Origin: Tubulanus polymorphus
Taxonomy: Eukaryota > Animalia > Nemertea
Direction: 5' to 3'
DNA: 64,000 nucleotides
Assembly (NCBI RefSeq): GCF_964204645.1
Contig: NC_134033.1
Span: 8,564,655-8,628,654 of the forward strand
Shown: positions 48,134 through 62,094 of the stretch, piece by piece
How positions within the stretch are numbered: the first letter of the stretch is position 1
Layout: each line of letters opens with the position of its first letter
Translations under genes and position numbers: made by a program
The notes under the pieces: generated by a model
Database searches by the model: none
What the model was told of the DNA's origin: nothing
Seen by the model: only the letters and a program-made list of their open reading frames with translations

Positions 48134-50110
48134 GATTCAATTCAATTAATTCTTTATTGTTCCGTAACGTATTTAAACATTATAAGATTAAGTACAATAA
48201 AGACAGGGGGATAAGATATAACATTTTAAAGATAGAGATAACAAAAACAATAACAGTTTAATATACATATATACACGATGTAGACAGGTTTTCAGTAAGT
48301 GAATCAGTGATAGTTTAATTAATGGATACTGCGACGTTACACTCAGATTTCAGATTGTTTTTTTTTTCATGAGTTAGACCCTTTCTCGATGTATTTCCCT
48401 AAATATTTGGCCATTTCTATAGAGGACATTATAGTTACAAATTTGACTTTATCATTTACATTCGACATGCTAGGATATTGATTATAAAATTTATTCAACA
48501 GATCTGTTCTTAAATTATCAAATTTTGCACACTCCATTACAAAGTGGAACTCATCTTCTACTACTCCGCATCTGCTACATAAGCGTTCTTCCCTAGGGAT
48601 ACCTAGGTAGCGCCCTTTCTCAATCATAAGTTTGTGTGCACTGAGTCTGAATTTGGTTGGAGCTGTCTTAGAGGAAATTGGAATGTTCAGTAGTAAATAG
48701 GGTTCCAAACTGAATTCTGTTTTGAAGATCTTATATGAGTCAAGTTTGTTAAAGCTTTGAATTTTTGTTTTCCAGAATATTTTATATCGCCTTAGGAGTA
48801 TGTGTTTGAACCTTTTAATATGCTGATAGGTCTGGCCAACTTCTAACAGGTTGAGACTATTTGTAGCAGACAGAATGGCTTTTAGGAAAATAGTCCAAAC
48901 ATTTGTCTGGTTTTTCATAGAACTCAAATCTTTCACCGTTATATTTACAATACTATTTACATTTGTACACATGTGGTTATAAAAGTTAATTATACGGGAA
49001 AATGCATCTATACAAATCGGTAGTCTTCCTAATTCACCGAGTACTGCTAAATTGGTAGTTTTTTTGTTTACATGCAATATGAATTTGCAGAATTTGACAG
49101 TTAATTCATTGAGTAGGTCATCCTTTTCCATTACTTCCTCAATTGGGAATGTACCCTTGTTTTTGAATATTTTCTTAGCAGTGCTCGTTTTTGGTAACCA
49201 AATCTCACAACCATATAGTAGGATAGGTGTTACCAAAGTGTCAAACAGCTTTAACGATACATTGGGTGGACAATCTTGAATACCAATCATTTTTTGAATA
49301 CTGAACATGGCTCGGTTAGCCGATTTGATCTTCTCTAGCTTTGTTAAAACACCCAGATGATGTAAATATAAGTCCTAGATATTTGTACTCTTTTACTAAT
49401 TCAACATTAATTCCATTTATATAAAAATGTGTGTTAATTGGTATATGGCCTTTCTTATTAAAAATTATTGCCTTACTCTTTTCAATGTTTATTTCTAAAT
49501 TCCATTTTTGACAGTATTCTGCAATTTTGTCAAGGCAGTTTTGAAGACCATGTTTAGAATTCGACACTAATACAAGATCGTCGGCATATAATAGATAATT
49601 TATCAGTATGTCGCCCAGTGGAACTGGGTCACAAGACTCATCGAATATAGACATAATATCGTTAATAAAAATGTTGAAAAGCATCGGACTCAGAGTGTTT
49701 CCTTGTTGTAACCCAATATTTGAGCTGAATTTGCTGGATGTTTGGTACTTGTTAAGTTTCACTCTACAGGTGATATTCCGATACATACTTTCAATGATGC
49801 GAATGAAGTGATCTCCTAATTCTAATTGTTTCAATTTGTATATTAGACCCTGGTGCCAGACTGAGTCAAATGCTTTTCGGAAATCAATGAAACAGGTATA
49901 GAGTTTATTGGATGAGGATAATTTCTTATCGACAAGTCTCTTTAGTGTGAACATATGATCTGTGGTCCTACATTTAGGCATGAAACCAATCTGCTGAGGT
50001 ACAATCAAATTGTTTGATTTCAAGTGCTTTGTTAGTCTGACATTCAGGATATGACAAAACACTTTACCGAGACAACTGCTTAAGGTAATTCCCCTATAGT
50101 TATCGGGCAA
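48134..50110 (-). mobile_element. 5'-truncated LINE (RTE-X-like), RT plus C-terminal Cys/His motif; one frameshift at ~49320
   Basis: NYRGITL, FIDFRKAFDSV, GLQQGNTLSP, YADD, GELGR, ERLCSRC..EDEFHF..C; AATAAA and (ATTGA)n tail. Confidence 0.9.
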
Positions 50111-51408
50111 TGATTTATCGCCCTTTTTATAGAGAGGAGCAATCAGACCTTCAGCCCATGAACGTTATGCGCAACAGCGCCAGTAATGAAATCACGCTTC
50201 GTGAGGCCAGGGGGCTGGTGGAAGCGAGTTCGGGAGTGATACAGGACCCCTGGCAAGCGAGGATGGTTAGAGACCGGTTGATCCCATCCTCCATTTTACA
50301 TTTTCGATGCATGTCAAACATGTCAATATCAGTTACTTCCAGGTTAAAATGGCGTCTCATCGAATAAGCGAAACTAGGAGTAATATAAAAATCGCACTGG
50401 AATAATTGATTATAGTAAATCAGCTGATCTATGAATCATAAATGTAAACAGCAAACAAAAGGAAATTTAAAGACCGAAGAAAAGGCATTAATTGCTGTAA
50501 GTATCGAAATAATCCGCTGATATTTACTCGGAATTCAAAGTCAAACAGACAACTGAATTGATACTTATTCATTTTGTAGGTAAGAAAAAGGGCTCAGCTG
50601 TGATAGTCATTCTGAAGGAACTTGGCCGAAGGGGACATGCTTTCGTAATCAACCGTATGTGAAATATATTCAGTGAATTGTTGTGTTTATGATGTGAAAA
50701 TCACTAAAGTCTGAATAAAGTTTACAATAGTTGAATTCCCTGTCAATGTTTTGTGAGATCAGATATTTGGATCCACCGCAGCATCTCCACTTATATTCTC
50801 GATACAGACAGTGAGTTGGGACAGACTTGGGTAAGACCAATAATTCAGATCATCTGGATATTCGCAATATTTTCCTCTCCTCATGGACCAACATGGTTTT
50901 TGCTAGAAATTGAGTATAAAATCCATCAAGAAAAACTCTTTTTTACTGCCATTCTATATTTATTGTCCATTTCTAGTACAAAATCTAATTCAATATACAG
51001 ACCGCTTGACAAGACGATACGTATTTTGTGACATAGCAAATTGTGTGACAACAGAATGACACTGATATCTCTAACTTAACTCGAATCACAAAGACCAAGT
51101 CTTGACCAGACAGTAGGCCCAAATCCATGCTCGCTCGTGTAGTTATTCATAAATTCCAGCTCTTTAAACCTCATCACTGTATCAGAATCAAGGAGTTTCA
51201 TCGTTATTTGGAATCTAATTTCATGATGATTAGTGCTGCATTCATTAATCTCTTTGATTCTTGATTGACGTTACCTTCTGAAATTGAATCAATACACATA
51301 TCACCAACAATTAAACCTGGATTGACTTTTCAATTCATGTCTCATCCATTTTTCAAACTTGTGGCGAACGCCAGTAAATAGTTTATGTTAGTAGAAATAG
51401 GTCATCTC

Positions 51409-52430
51409 TGTAGTATCCCCGCCCTGCATGTCAATCATATTAGCATGAGCATGTGCTGTCCGCGGAGTCGGAAATAAACAGTTGTATTTTGCATATCAAA
51501 CGAAAAGGGTCTTCTCTCATTCTTTCTCTGCATCGAACTGATTTCTCCTGTGGAACTGCAAGACCTCCACATTTGGTGCCGTGACCAGGATTCGCTGAGA
51601 AAATGTCCGAAGACGATAGGAAACGACTTCTTCGCCTACAACGTCCCTATCGGAGCCAGATTACGAAAACGAAAGACAAGATAATAATAATCATTCTACA
51701 GAAAGAAGACATATCCGAAAAACTCATAGCGTTGGATGACAACATACTCCGTTTAACACCAGATGCTGAAATGGAAAAATTCCTCACCACATCTGACGAT
51801 TACAACACAGAATTGGCCGAACAAGGACAATTGTTCAAATTAAAAATCGAGAAGAAGTTTCAGGCTTCAGCAGTCGCGAACGATGTCGCCCCAACTCATT
51901 CAAACTCAGGATTCAAACGATCGGTGAATCTTCCGAAATTAACTCTTATGACGTTCGATGGAAACATTTTTGATTGGTTGGAATTTTACGTTACGTTCAA
52001 CTCGGCCGTGGCATCCGACCATAGTTTATCCAATGTGCAAAAATTCCAATACTTGAAGGCCCAACTCGTAGCAGAAGCGGCCAACGTGATCAATAGACTT
52101 ACGCTAACCGAGGGTAATTACGAACATGCAATGGAACTACTTAAGGACAGGTATGGTCAAAACCACATCATTATCAGTGCGTACATGCGGGCGTTGTGGG
52201 AATTGGAAAAACCGTTGAATAACTACAATTCGTCAAGAGAATTTTACGATAGATTAGAATCATCCGTGCGCTTAAATCTCTTAACAAACCGGAGGACAGT
52301 TACGGTGATCTTTTAGTACCAGTTATTCAGGATAAGCTACCGATAGCTATTCTTCAACAGATTACTCGTCAACGCGGTGACAATAATTGGACTATAACAG
52401 ATTTACGTGTATCACTTCTAAAGGAAATCG
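51409..52430 (+). mobile_element. BEL/Pao 5' fragment: LTR, tRNA-His PBS (51574-51591), gag (ORF 51603-52316)
   Basis: TG...CA LTR with AATAAA; PBS TGGTGCCGTGACCAGGAT; DUF1759-like LPKL...FDG...W.EF, QKFQYLK, A.ELLKDRYG. Confidence 0.82.
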
Positions 52431-52439
52431 AGGCATTAT

Positions 52440-53390
52440 ACAAGACTTGATACAAAGGACGGTTTGAGTGGACGTATCTCTAGCAGCGATGAAGTTACTG
52501 GCTCTTCCGTTTAGCGACCAACCAAAATCTGTTCTGACCCCAATCGGCTGGTTAGGTGGACCAATGCGGGTTTCATGCTGTATAATCGCTTCTGGAACGT
52601 TTGCACCAATCAAAACTTCGATCTCTAGACCGTTTGGATTCGTCATCGTCAGATTATCCATATTCCACTTCGGCTTAATTGGTAGACTGGTAGATGGGAT
52701 TTGTAAATCTTCGGTCGACCATACTTCGTCACGTTTCATCGTCCTCTGGGCGCAACCATCGGCTAAAGGGATGACATCAAACTGAACCACTTTTGCATGT
52801 TTCTGGATTCCTGGCCCTTCCACGGTAGAAAGTGCGAGACTTCTTTCTTCAGACGGAATATTCAGCTCGTTAATCAACCTCATGTGACAAAGTGAAATCT
52901 GTGAGCCGGGATCGAGTATGGCTAGTGTGCCGTTTCACCATTTTCACCTTGAACTCTGATAGGTACCACTTATTGACTTATTGATCGCAAAAACTGGCCT
53001 GAGGCAAGAACTGAAGACTAGAACTGCAATATATGGAGTTTATTTTGAACTGTTTCATAGAGTTAAGAGTACAGCAGTATTTATACTGGACCTTAGGAAA
53101 TGACTGCGATAAGGCTATACGGAAATAGTGCCGGTATAAGATTATTTACAATAAAATGTACTGAAACGAACTTGAGCATGAATTGAGATTTAAAGTTAGC
53201 TAGAGAACTGTATTATGACCATTTAAAATGTACAGAAATGCGACCAGGACCGCATAAAAACGTGATTACAGTTATTCAAAGCTGGAACCGGTCTGAAAAG
53301 GACATTAGATATTGTACAGCTTGTCACAATATAATATTACACAATGGTTTATAAGACTGAACACATATGACAGTAGGATTATCTGTAACA
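52440..53390 (-). mobile_element. second BEL/Pao fragment: LTR-like region (52990-53390) joined to the aspartic protease region
   Basis: Minus strand LAILDPGSQIS, VLIGANVPEA, RTDFGWSL; LTR starts TGTTACA and has TATAAAT and AATAAA. Confidence 0.7.
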
Positions 53391-55648
53391 CATACAATAT
53401 AACACTCGCTAATACCGCCAAAATCTATAAATATGCTTAAAAAGCCCATCCTCCAGATTCGACTTTACTAAATCTATGGTCAGAGATAGGTTGAGACACG
53501 CGACCGCAATTAAGATGATCAAAGTAAATTTATTAAAAAACGGGAACTGAGAGGTTTCTGCATTTTTTATATTCTTTAGATATCTTAATGATCTTTCATA
53601 CGATATAACTCTCTAATACCGCCAAAAACTATAAACATGTTAAAAAGCCCATATTCCAGATTTGACTTATCTAATTCTATTGTCAGAGACGTGTCAGAAT
53701 TACGCGACCGCAATTAAGATGTTCAAAGTCAATTTATTCAAAAACGGGAACTGAGAGGTTTCTGCATTTTTTATATTCTTTAGATATCTTTATGATCTTT
53801 CAATATAATATAACTCTCTAATACCGCCAAAAACTATAAACATGTTTAAAAAGCCCATATTCCAGATTCGACTTATCTAATTCTATTGTCAGAGACGTGT
53901 CAGAGACACGCGACCGCAATTAAGATATTCAAAGTTAATTTATTAAAAAACGGGAACTGAGAGGTTTCTGGATTTTTTATATATTATAGAAATCTGTATG
54001 ATCTTTCATACGATATAACACTCGCTAATACCGCCAAAAACTATAAATATGCTTAAAAAGCCCATCCTCCAGATTCGACTTTACGAAATCTATTATCAAA
54101 GACACGCGACCGTAATAAAGATATTCAAAGTTAATTTATTAAAGAACGGGAACTGAGATTTTTCTGCATTTTTGATATGTTCTAGAAATCTTCATGACCT
54201 TTCAAATGATATAACTTTCTAATTCCGCCAAAAACTATAAATATGTTTAAAAAGCCCATATTCCAGATTCGACTTATCTAATTCTATTGTCAGAGACACG
54301 CGACCGCAATTAAGATATCAAAGTTAATTTACTACAAAACGGGAACTGAGAGTTTTCTGCATTTTTGATATGTTCTAGAAATCTTCATGACCTTTCTAAT
54401 TTTGCCAAAAACTATAAATATGTTTAAAAAGCCCATCTTCCAGATTCGACTTTGCTGAATCTATTATCAAAGACACGCGACCGCAATTAAGATATTCAAA
54501 GTTAATTTACTAAAAAACGGGAACTGAGAGGTTTCTGTATTTTTTATATTCTTTAGATATCTTTATGATCTTTCAAATTATATAACTCTCTAATACCGCC
54601 AAAAACTATAAATATGTTTAAAAAGCCCATATTCCAGATTCGACTTATCTAATTCTATTGTCAGAGACGTGTCAGAGACACGCGACCGCAATTAAGATAT
54701 TCAAAGTTAATTTATAAAAAACCGGAACTGAGAGGTTTCTGGATTTTTTATATATTATAGAAATCTGTATGATCTTTCATACGATATAACACTCGCTAAT
54801 ACCGCCAAAAACTATAAATATGCTTAAAAAGCCCATCCTCCAGATTCGACTTTACGAAATCTATTATCAAAGACACGCGACCGCAATAAAGATATTCAAA
54901 GTTAATTTATTAAAGAACGGGAAATGAGATTTTTCTGCATTTTTGATATGTTCTAGAAATCTTCATGACCTTTCAAATGATATAACTTTCTAATTTTGCC
55001 ACAAACTATAAATATGTTTAAAAAGCCCATATTTCAGATTCGACTTATCTAATTCTATTGTCAGAGACGTGTCAGAGACACGCGACCGCAATTAAGATAT
55101 TCAAAGTTAATTTACTAAAAAAACGGGAACTGGGAGTTTTCTGCATTTTTGATATGTTCTAGAAATCTCCATGACCTTTCAAATGATATAACTTTCTAAT
55201 ACCGCCAAAAACTATAACTACGTTTAAAAAGCCCATCTTCCAGATTCGACTTTGCTGAATCTATTATCAAAAACACGCGACCGCAATTAAGATATTCAAA
55301 GTTAATTTATAAAAAAATGGGAACTGAGAGTTTTCTGCATTTTTGATATGTTCTAGAAATCTTCATGACCTTTCAAATGATATAACTTTCTGATACCACC
55401 AAAAACTATAAATATGCTTAAAATGCCCATATTCCAGTTTCGACTTATCTAATTCTATTGTCAGAGACGTGTCAGAGACACGCGACCGCAATTAAGATAT
55501 TCAAAGTCGATTAATTCAAAAACGGGAACTAAGAGTTCTCTGGATTTTTTATATTCTTTAGATATCTTCATGACCTTTCAAATTATATAACTCTCTAATA
55601 CCGCCAAAAACTATAAACATGTTAAAAAAGCCCATATTCCAGATTCGA
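53391..55648. repeat. tandem satellite, ~11.3 units of ~177-207 bp (mainly 194 or 204-207)
   Basis: AATACCGCC-like anchor at 53411, 53615, 53820, 54027, 54221, 54398, 54592, 54798, 54992, 55198, 55392, 55597. Confidence 0.95.
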
Positions 55649-55884
55649 TCTTCCATTTTTCTTCCCATTTTTTTATACATTATCATCATCTTATGATCTT
55701 TCGATTGAAATAACTCACAAATACGTTGCTAGTAATTGCTCGTGTGCGGGGGCCTTTATACACTGAAAAAGAGCAGCTATAATGTATTACAAACCCACCA
55801 GAAAATGTTTTGAATTTGGAATTATTCATATTTCACTGAAATAGAAAATTAATTATAATGAATATGACAATTATATTTACCAAA

Positions 55885-56217
55885 TCATGCTCTACAACTT
55901 TGTGCAAAGGACTCTTTCAAGACATCCGCATAACTTCTTGTTGGTGAATCTCCAATATCCGAAACTGGTGAAAATTCGTGTTTCTCACTGCAGATGGTGT
56001 CGAAATCCATATTCCGGTACTGGCAAAAGCGGTAAAGTTTTTGCCTCAACCGATCAGAGTTTTTACAAAATACTGCAAAGCATAGTTCATCCCAAAACTC
56101 GTTTTGTCGGATCCACGTGGGAGATAGTTTCGCTTTCCTTATTTTTTCGGTAACAACGTCAGCATCTAATGTCTGATGAACTGCGTTATTCACATTTGTG
56201 ATTCTATTATGTCCCAT
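55885..56217 (-). CDS. orphan intronless ORF, 110 aa, unknown function
   Basis: True ATG, protein-like composition, (TA)n tract ~200 bp upstream; no recognised motif. Confidence 0.3.
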   Translation of the reverse strand: MGHNRITNVNNAVHQTLDADVVTEKIRKAKLSPTWIRQNEFWDELCFAVFCKNSDRLRQKLYRFCQYRNMDFDTICSEKHEFSPVSDIGDSPTRSYADVLKESFAQSCRA

Positions 56218-56597
56218 GATTTCGTTGACGAATTAATCATTTATCCTCGCAAGGTTTGTTCGAAAATGATGTTAAATCACAATCGCACGAAAGATGATTT
56301 CATAAGATGAATAACATATACGTTAGTTCACATAAATTTCGAATATCCTAAAATGTTTGAACGACAATGAAGTAAACTCAAAATCGAACGGAGGTAAAAC
56401 TTTTTCAATTAAAATGTAATATATATATATAATATGTAAAACGCTGTTGTTGATCGTATGGAATCAAAAAGGTTTGTGTAAGGTCGAACCAGTATTACTC
56501 GATTTTATAAGGGGTATTCTAGGTCCACGTCGATAAGCCTGACACTCGGATCGAGCCAGATTCTTGAAAGAAAACGTCGTCGTTCACGACATCTATT

Positions 56598-59500
56598 TTC
56601 AATTCAATTTCAATTTATTTCATAAGAAAGCATGTTATAAGAATATTTACAAATAGAACAAAAAATAGAATTGAGAAGGCTTTCTTATGAGGGCCAAGCA
56701 AAGACCAAAAGGCCGCTATAGCAAGCACCCTTGAAAAGCAAAAAAAAGAGAAAAAAAAGAAGAGAGAGAGAAAAAAAAGGAAAGACAATGAAGAATAGTG
56801 AGGATGAGATAAGCGAAGAGAGTTATTTAGGAACAATTATAACAGTTGGGGTTATCGCAGAGATGGGTGTTAGAGTAGCTGGAGGTGAGAATGTATTTTG
56901 TTTTGCGTCTGAGAGAATATTTACTGGTTGAAAATGAATTGTAAGTTGTAGATTTTGCCAAATTTTTATAAGATTCTTAGAAATATTATATTTACAGTCG
57001 ATGTCAGGTTTAGTTTGTTTTGATAGTGATGAATAAGTATGATCAAGCTGGATGTGTCTTTGTGAAGTTGAAAGAGTACATGTAGAAAGTTTGTCGAGGA
57101 TGAAAAATATTGTGGCGGTGACTTCATAGTTTGCTGGATTGGGTCAGTGTGGGCTGTGTAATTCGATTTTGTGATGATTCTAACGATTTTCTTTTGAAGA
57201 AGAAGACATTTTTTTGTTTTGTTTGTCCCCAGGTTAGTAGACCATCGGTCAGGTGTGGGTAAATGAGGGGTGTGGGTAGATGAGGGTATGATAAAGTGTT
57301 AAGAGGGATTGTGTATCGAGGATGTGTTTTGATTTGTTCATGATACCTATTATTTGTGATATTTTCTTGTTTATTTTATTGATATGTGGTGTCCAGTTGA
57401 GATTTTCGTGAATGGTAAGGCCAAGGAAATTTATTTCAATGACTCGCTCTAGTAGAGAATTGCCAATTTTTATTTGAAAATTTGGATTTAAGAAAGGTTT
57501 ACGTTGGTGATGATGGAAAATAATGTATTTTGTTTTGTCGAGGTTTGGAGTAAGTTTATTGGCTGATAGCCAATCGTATAGGAAATTTAGGTCAGAATTG
57601 ATGTTTTGTACTAGAGTTTCAAAATTTTTGTGAGATGCTTAACAGTTAGTATCATCTGCAAATAGTATATAATCTAAGTGGTAAGAGCATTTGTGAATAT
57701 CATTAATGAAGATTAAAAAGAGGAGAGGGCCGAGAATCGAGCCTTGGGGGACGCCTATGTTAGAGAAGAGTGGAGAAGAAACAGTGTTGTTGACGGAGAC
57801 TAAATTTTGACGGTTAGATAGATAAGAAGAGACCCAATCTAGTGCTAATCCTCTTATTCCATAGTGTTCGAGTTTAGAAAGTAGAATATTTTTATTGAGA
57901 GTGTCGAATGCCTTAGAGAGATCAAGAAATATACCTATTGTCCATTCGTGATTGTCGAGGGATTTTGAGATTTTATCAGTAAGTTCTGGAATGGCGTGTT
58001 CAGTAGAATGATTTTTTCGAAAGCCATATTGATTTGGGAAAAGCTGGTTGTCAATGAAGTTAGATAAGCGTTTATGAACTAGTTTTTCGTAGATTTTAGA
58101 AATGGAACTTAGTAGGGAAATTGGTCGATAGTTTTCAATTTGATCTTTATCATTTTTTTTTGTGGTGAGGTATTATTTTTGCAATTTTAAGATTATCGGG
58201 GAAAATACCTGTTTTGAAAGATTGATTTACTAAATATGTTAAAGGAATGGAAATATGGTTGACGATTTCTTTTAGGATATGAGTGGAGATGCAGTCTTGA
58301 CCTGTTGAATGTTTTGTTTTAAGGCTTTTTACTATTTCGTTTATTTCATTTTCACAAGTTGGAAGAAGGAAAAAATTTGTATTTGATCTTGGTACCTTAG
58401 AAAGATAATGTTTAGAGGAGAATTGAGAATCTGGAAATTTGGATGCTAATTTTTCACCGATCTGGTTGAAATGGCTATTGAAAGAGTTTGCAATAATTTC
58501 TGGATCGGTAATGTCTGTATGGTTAATTTTGAATGAGTGAGGTAAGTCGTGTTTGTTATTGGTTTTGCCAATTATTTCTTTGAGGATCTCCCATGTGTTT
58601 TTAATATTTCCGCTTGCAGATTCTAGAGATTGTTTATAGTAATTTTTCTTTGAGATTCTAATTATGGATTTAAGTTTGTTCCGATTATGCTTTGAATTTG
58701 TGTTGTTCTATGGCCCGGGTGGTTTCACTTTTTATGGATAGTAAGTGTTTGTATTTTTTATCTTTGTTATAGATAGATTGAATTATTCCCTTGGTTATCC
58801 ATTGATTTTTCGAGACGTTATATTTGTTTAGTTTGATTGTTTGAGTGGTGGTTTCAGAGGCTATTATGTTTGAGACAGTTGTTGAAAAAGAGGCAAAAGC
58901 CAGGTTAGTAGATAAGTTGTCATTTGAGAGAGATTGAAAGTCAGTATTATCTAGTTTGTTGCATATGTTCTGTATTCCGTGCCTAGTGATTGTCTTTTTG
59001 ATTTTTGTGAAATATTTATTTAAAGTTTGTTTTTGTTTATGACTACAGGCGAAAGTAAAGAAGTGATCAGAGAGTGGAGTCGTTAGAATTCCAGAGTAAT
59101 AGTTATTGTAAGGATTTGTAAAAATGTTGTCAATAAGGGTAGCACTGTGGTAAGTTACTCGTGTCGGTAAAGTGATGAGAGGAGTGAAAGAGTTTGTTGT
59201 CATTAATTCAAAGAAGTTAGAACTGAGTTGATCTGAATTTGATTTAATAAGGTCGATATTGAAGTCGCCACAGATAAAGATCTCAGATTTTAGGGATTTT
59301 AGTTTGGAAATTTCACATTCAAAAGCTTGAAGAAAGTCCTTGGTATTTGAAGCTGGAGGTTTGTAGACGATGCCAATTATTTTGTGATTAGAATTTGTGT
59401 CGTTTTCCCAGATTTCAATGAATTTCCATTGTATGTGTTTGTTATGAGCAGTAGGTTTAGAGATATCTTTTAATTCTTTGAAATTGAAGTCTTTAGATAA

Positions 59501-59940
59501 AAAAAGTCCTATCCCACTTCCATGTGAGTCTCTGCATTCGGAAATGAAATTATAATTTTTTAGGTGTACATGCGTTTCAGACTGAGAATTAAGTTTTGTT
59601 TCCTGGATGGTAATTGCATCAAAGTGTACTTTATTGTTCGTTTGGATGATATTTAGTAGGTTTTGAAATTCGTTGAGTTTCCCCAAGATACCGTTACAAT
59701 TCCAGTTAAGGATATTAAAGTCAGAGGTAAAAACTTGGATGAGATAAAGATTCCAGGTCATGGTACGGTGAGCTGTTTATAAAAGAAATAGGATGATTAG
59801 GGTCGTGCGTGTCAACAAGAGAGGATAAGTCTAATGTTGAGTTGTTGCGTACGTGGTTGCTGAGAATTTGGGATTTAATTAAATTTAGCTTGTTAGTGTA
59901 ATCGGTTATTTTATACCTTGAAGAATGGCACAAATTGAAA
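56598..59940 (-). mobile_element. CR1-like LINE ORF2 (APE endonuclease plus RT), decayed, 5'-truncated
   Basis: LNWNCNG, IQET, ICGDFNID, PTRVT..SATLIDNIF, SDH; NYRPISLL, FLDLSKAFD, GVPQGSILGPLLF, LFADDT; tail AATAAATTGAAATTGAATTG. Confidence 0.9.
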
Positions 59941-60783
59941 ATGATGTGTAATAAAGAACCTGCTGGCATCGTATCAATAGTTTAATTGTTCATAATTATG
60001 ACCATAATTACGTGCATATGTCGTGATTTGTTTGTTCGATAAAGCCTTGTTTCAGATGAAAATATTAGTTCACCAAAGTGTTAATCCATTTTATAAGGTC
60101 CACGTCAATAAATCTGACACCCGGTGCCAGATTCTTTAATTGCTCATTATCAAATTTTATATTAGATGTAATTTATTCTTATCTTAATAATCAAGATCAG
60201 AATTGAATGGAAACGTCGTCGTTCGCGATACGTATTCTAAACTTATGTTGTGTGAACTATTATTGTCAATGATAGAATAATAAAGAACCTGCTGGGAGTT
60301 TTGGTTTCAGCGCCATCCGTAGTTTAATAGTTCATAATGTGCATATTCATGATTTGTTTGTTCGATTAAGCCTTGTTTCGGGTTGAAAATATTTTATAAT
60401 TCCAGAGAATAACCCTTTTGACGTGCTATTTAAGTGATCCAAACCCATGCAAAAGGGCTACCCTGGTTTTGAATCATATCGTTGCTGTTTTCTGTGCGGG
60501 CAAGTCTTCCTTCTAAAGTTATGAAAAATTGTTATTGAATAATTGTCTTTAAAACCCCGTGCTGCGATGAGTTCAAATCGAGAATACATTAATATGCGTA
60601 CATATTCGGTGGAATATACAATCATAGATTTTTCCCTGGTGTAATGGTATTCGCCATTTCAGCAGGGTAATGACAAGAGTTTGCATTTTAAGTATTGCCG
60701 GCAGTGAGACACGTACGGGAGAATCGGAAATGAGTAATCTGAATCTGGTAGATCTGAATAAAGTGATAGCTTCACGATAGCAG

Positions 60784-60890
60784 GGTCCAGTTTCACAAAA
60801 ATGATAAAGGCCTAAATCGATTTTAGATAAACTGAATTAATGAAGAAATTAAATCGATTTAAGAGTTAAACTTTTTTGTGAAACTGGGCT
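60784..60890. mobile_element. short Harbinger-like MITE
   Basis: GGTCCAGTTTCACAAAAA / TTTTTGTGAAACTGGGCT, similar to the TIRs at 3540-3648. Confidence 0.7.
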
Positions 60891-61662
60891 CGTAGTGTGC
60901 CGTCTCCACAGTGATCTCCGTCGCCTACGATCCTAGTGTACCCACCGTAATTATCAGCTATTGCTATTGATTTATGCTATTTCTATATATCGCATCAAGC
61001 ACGGATTATGATGAAGAACCCCGAATGAATATATAATAATAAGAAAACTGAATGTTTGAGGTGTGAAATGATAGTTTGTTTTCGCTCAAACAAATTTTTT
61101 TGCCAGGACAAAAAGTTTTTCATTTCAACAATAACATAGCTTTTTATTCGAACACATTTTTTGTCAGAATGAAGAAAAGTTTTGATTCAAACAAAAAGCG
61201 TATTGTTCGATCAAACTGAATTGTTTTCAATCGAACAAGATTTTCTTGTCGGAACATTAAGTTTTTTGGTCGAACAGCGTATTAAGGTCGTTTTGGAAAT
61301 TTACTCGGTCTGGTATATTTTGGATTACTGTGTATGTCATTTGTCAGGACATTAAACAGAAGACGACTTAGGATACTACCTTGCGTGACTCCACTAGTTA
61401 GACCGACTTATTCAAAGATGAGGCGTTCCGTTGATTTCGGCTACAAGTTTTCGTTCAGAGATAACTGATGTTGTGCCTTATCAAATGCTTTGTCGAAATC
61501 CACCGTTGAACAGGATTCTAATGCTGTGCAGAAAACCCGTCATCGCTGCTTTGCAGCTATATTTTTAGAATTTGTAACTTTATTGAATTTGGGAATCATG
61601 TAATGTTTAAAATAATGATCAATAAAGAATTGAATTGTCACCTGAAACACGTGCCATCAAAG

Positions 61663-62094
61663 GACGCTTTAATCAATTACCTTGATCTTTCGTATATACT
61701 TGAATGCCCCCAGGGCCTATCAGCATAACAAAAATTGGGTCGATCGGACTCAAGATGGCCGTCCTATGACCTTTTTGGTGCCCAAAAATGTCAATTTTGG
61801 CCCGAATTCTGAGTCCTGTAGCTTCCTACTGGTCTGCCATTTCTCATTGCAATTGCTGATGGGTATTCTTTGGAAAGGGATGTTTTATACCTGGGATAGG
61901 TATTTTTGATCGGCCAATCGGCCAATTATGACGCAATTGGCGGCCATCTTGGTGTCATCAGTACTCATTCGTAGGTGGGAAATAGTTTTTCGACATTATA
62001 TTGATATCTAAGCATATTTTGTTACAACAATGAATTAGAAAGTTGTAGCTTATAACGTGTTCTATGATTGTGGTGAGTTTCGAGGTCATTGGTT
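61663..62094 (+). mobile_element. HINE-like family B internal fragment, cut off at 62094 by the hairpin element
   Basis: Collinear with 19257-19640 and the first unit. Confidence 0.8.

Noticed and set aside
50320-50782. BEL-like solo LTR
   Set aside because: It has GTAAG and AATAAA features but no TSD or partner could be verified.
53391-55648. CRISPR-like array
   Set aside because: Whole ~200-bp units repeat with no unique spacers, there are no cas genes and the context is eukaryotic; it is a satellite.
56615-56931. ORFs of 73 and 66 aa
   Set aside because: Low-complexity 3' UTR of the CR1-like LINE.
61060-61290. Degenerate TCGAACAA repeats as a functional array
   Set aside because: Irregular period and low identity; likely a decayed repeat.
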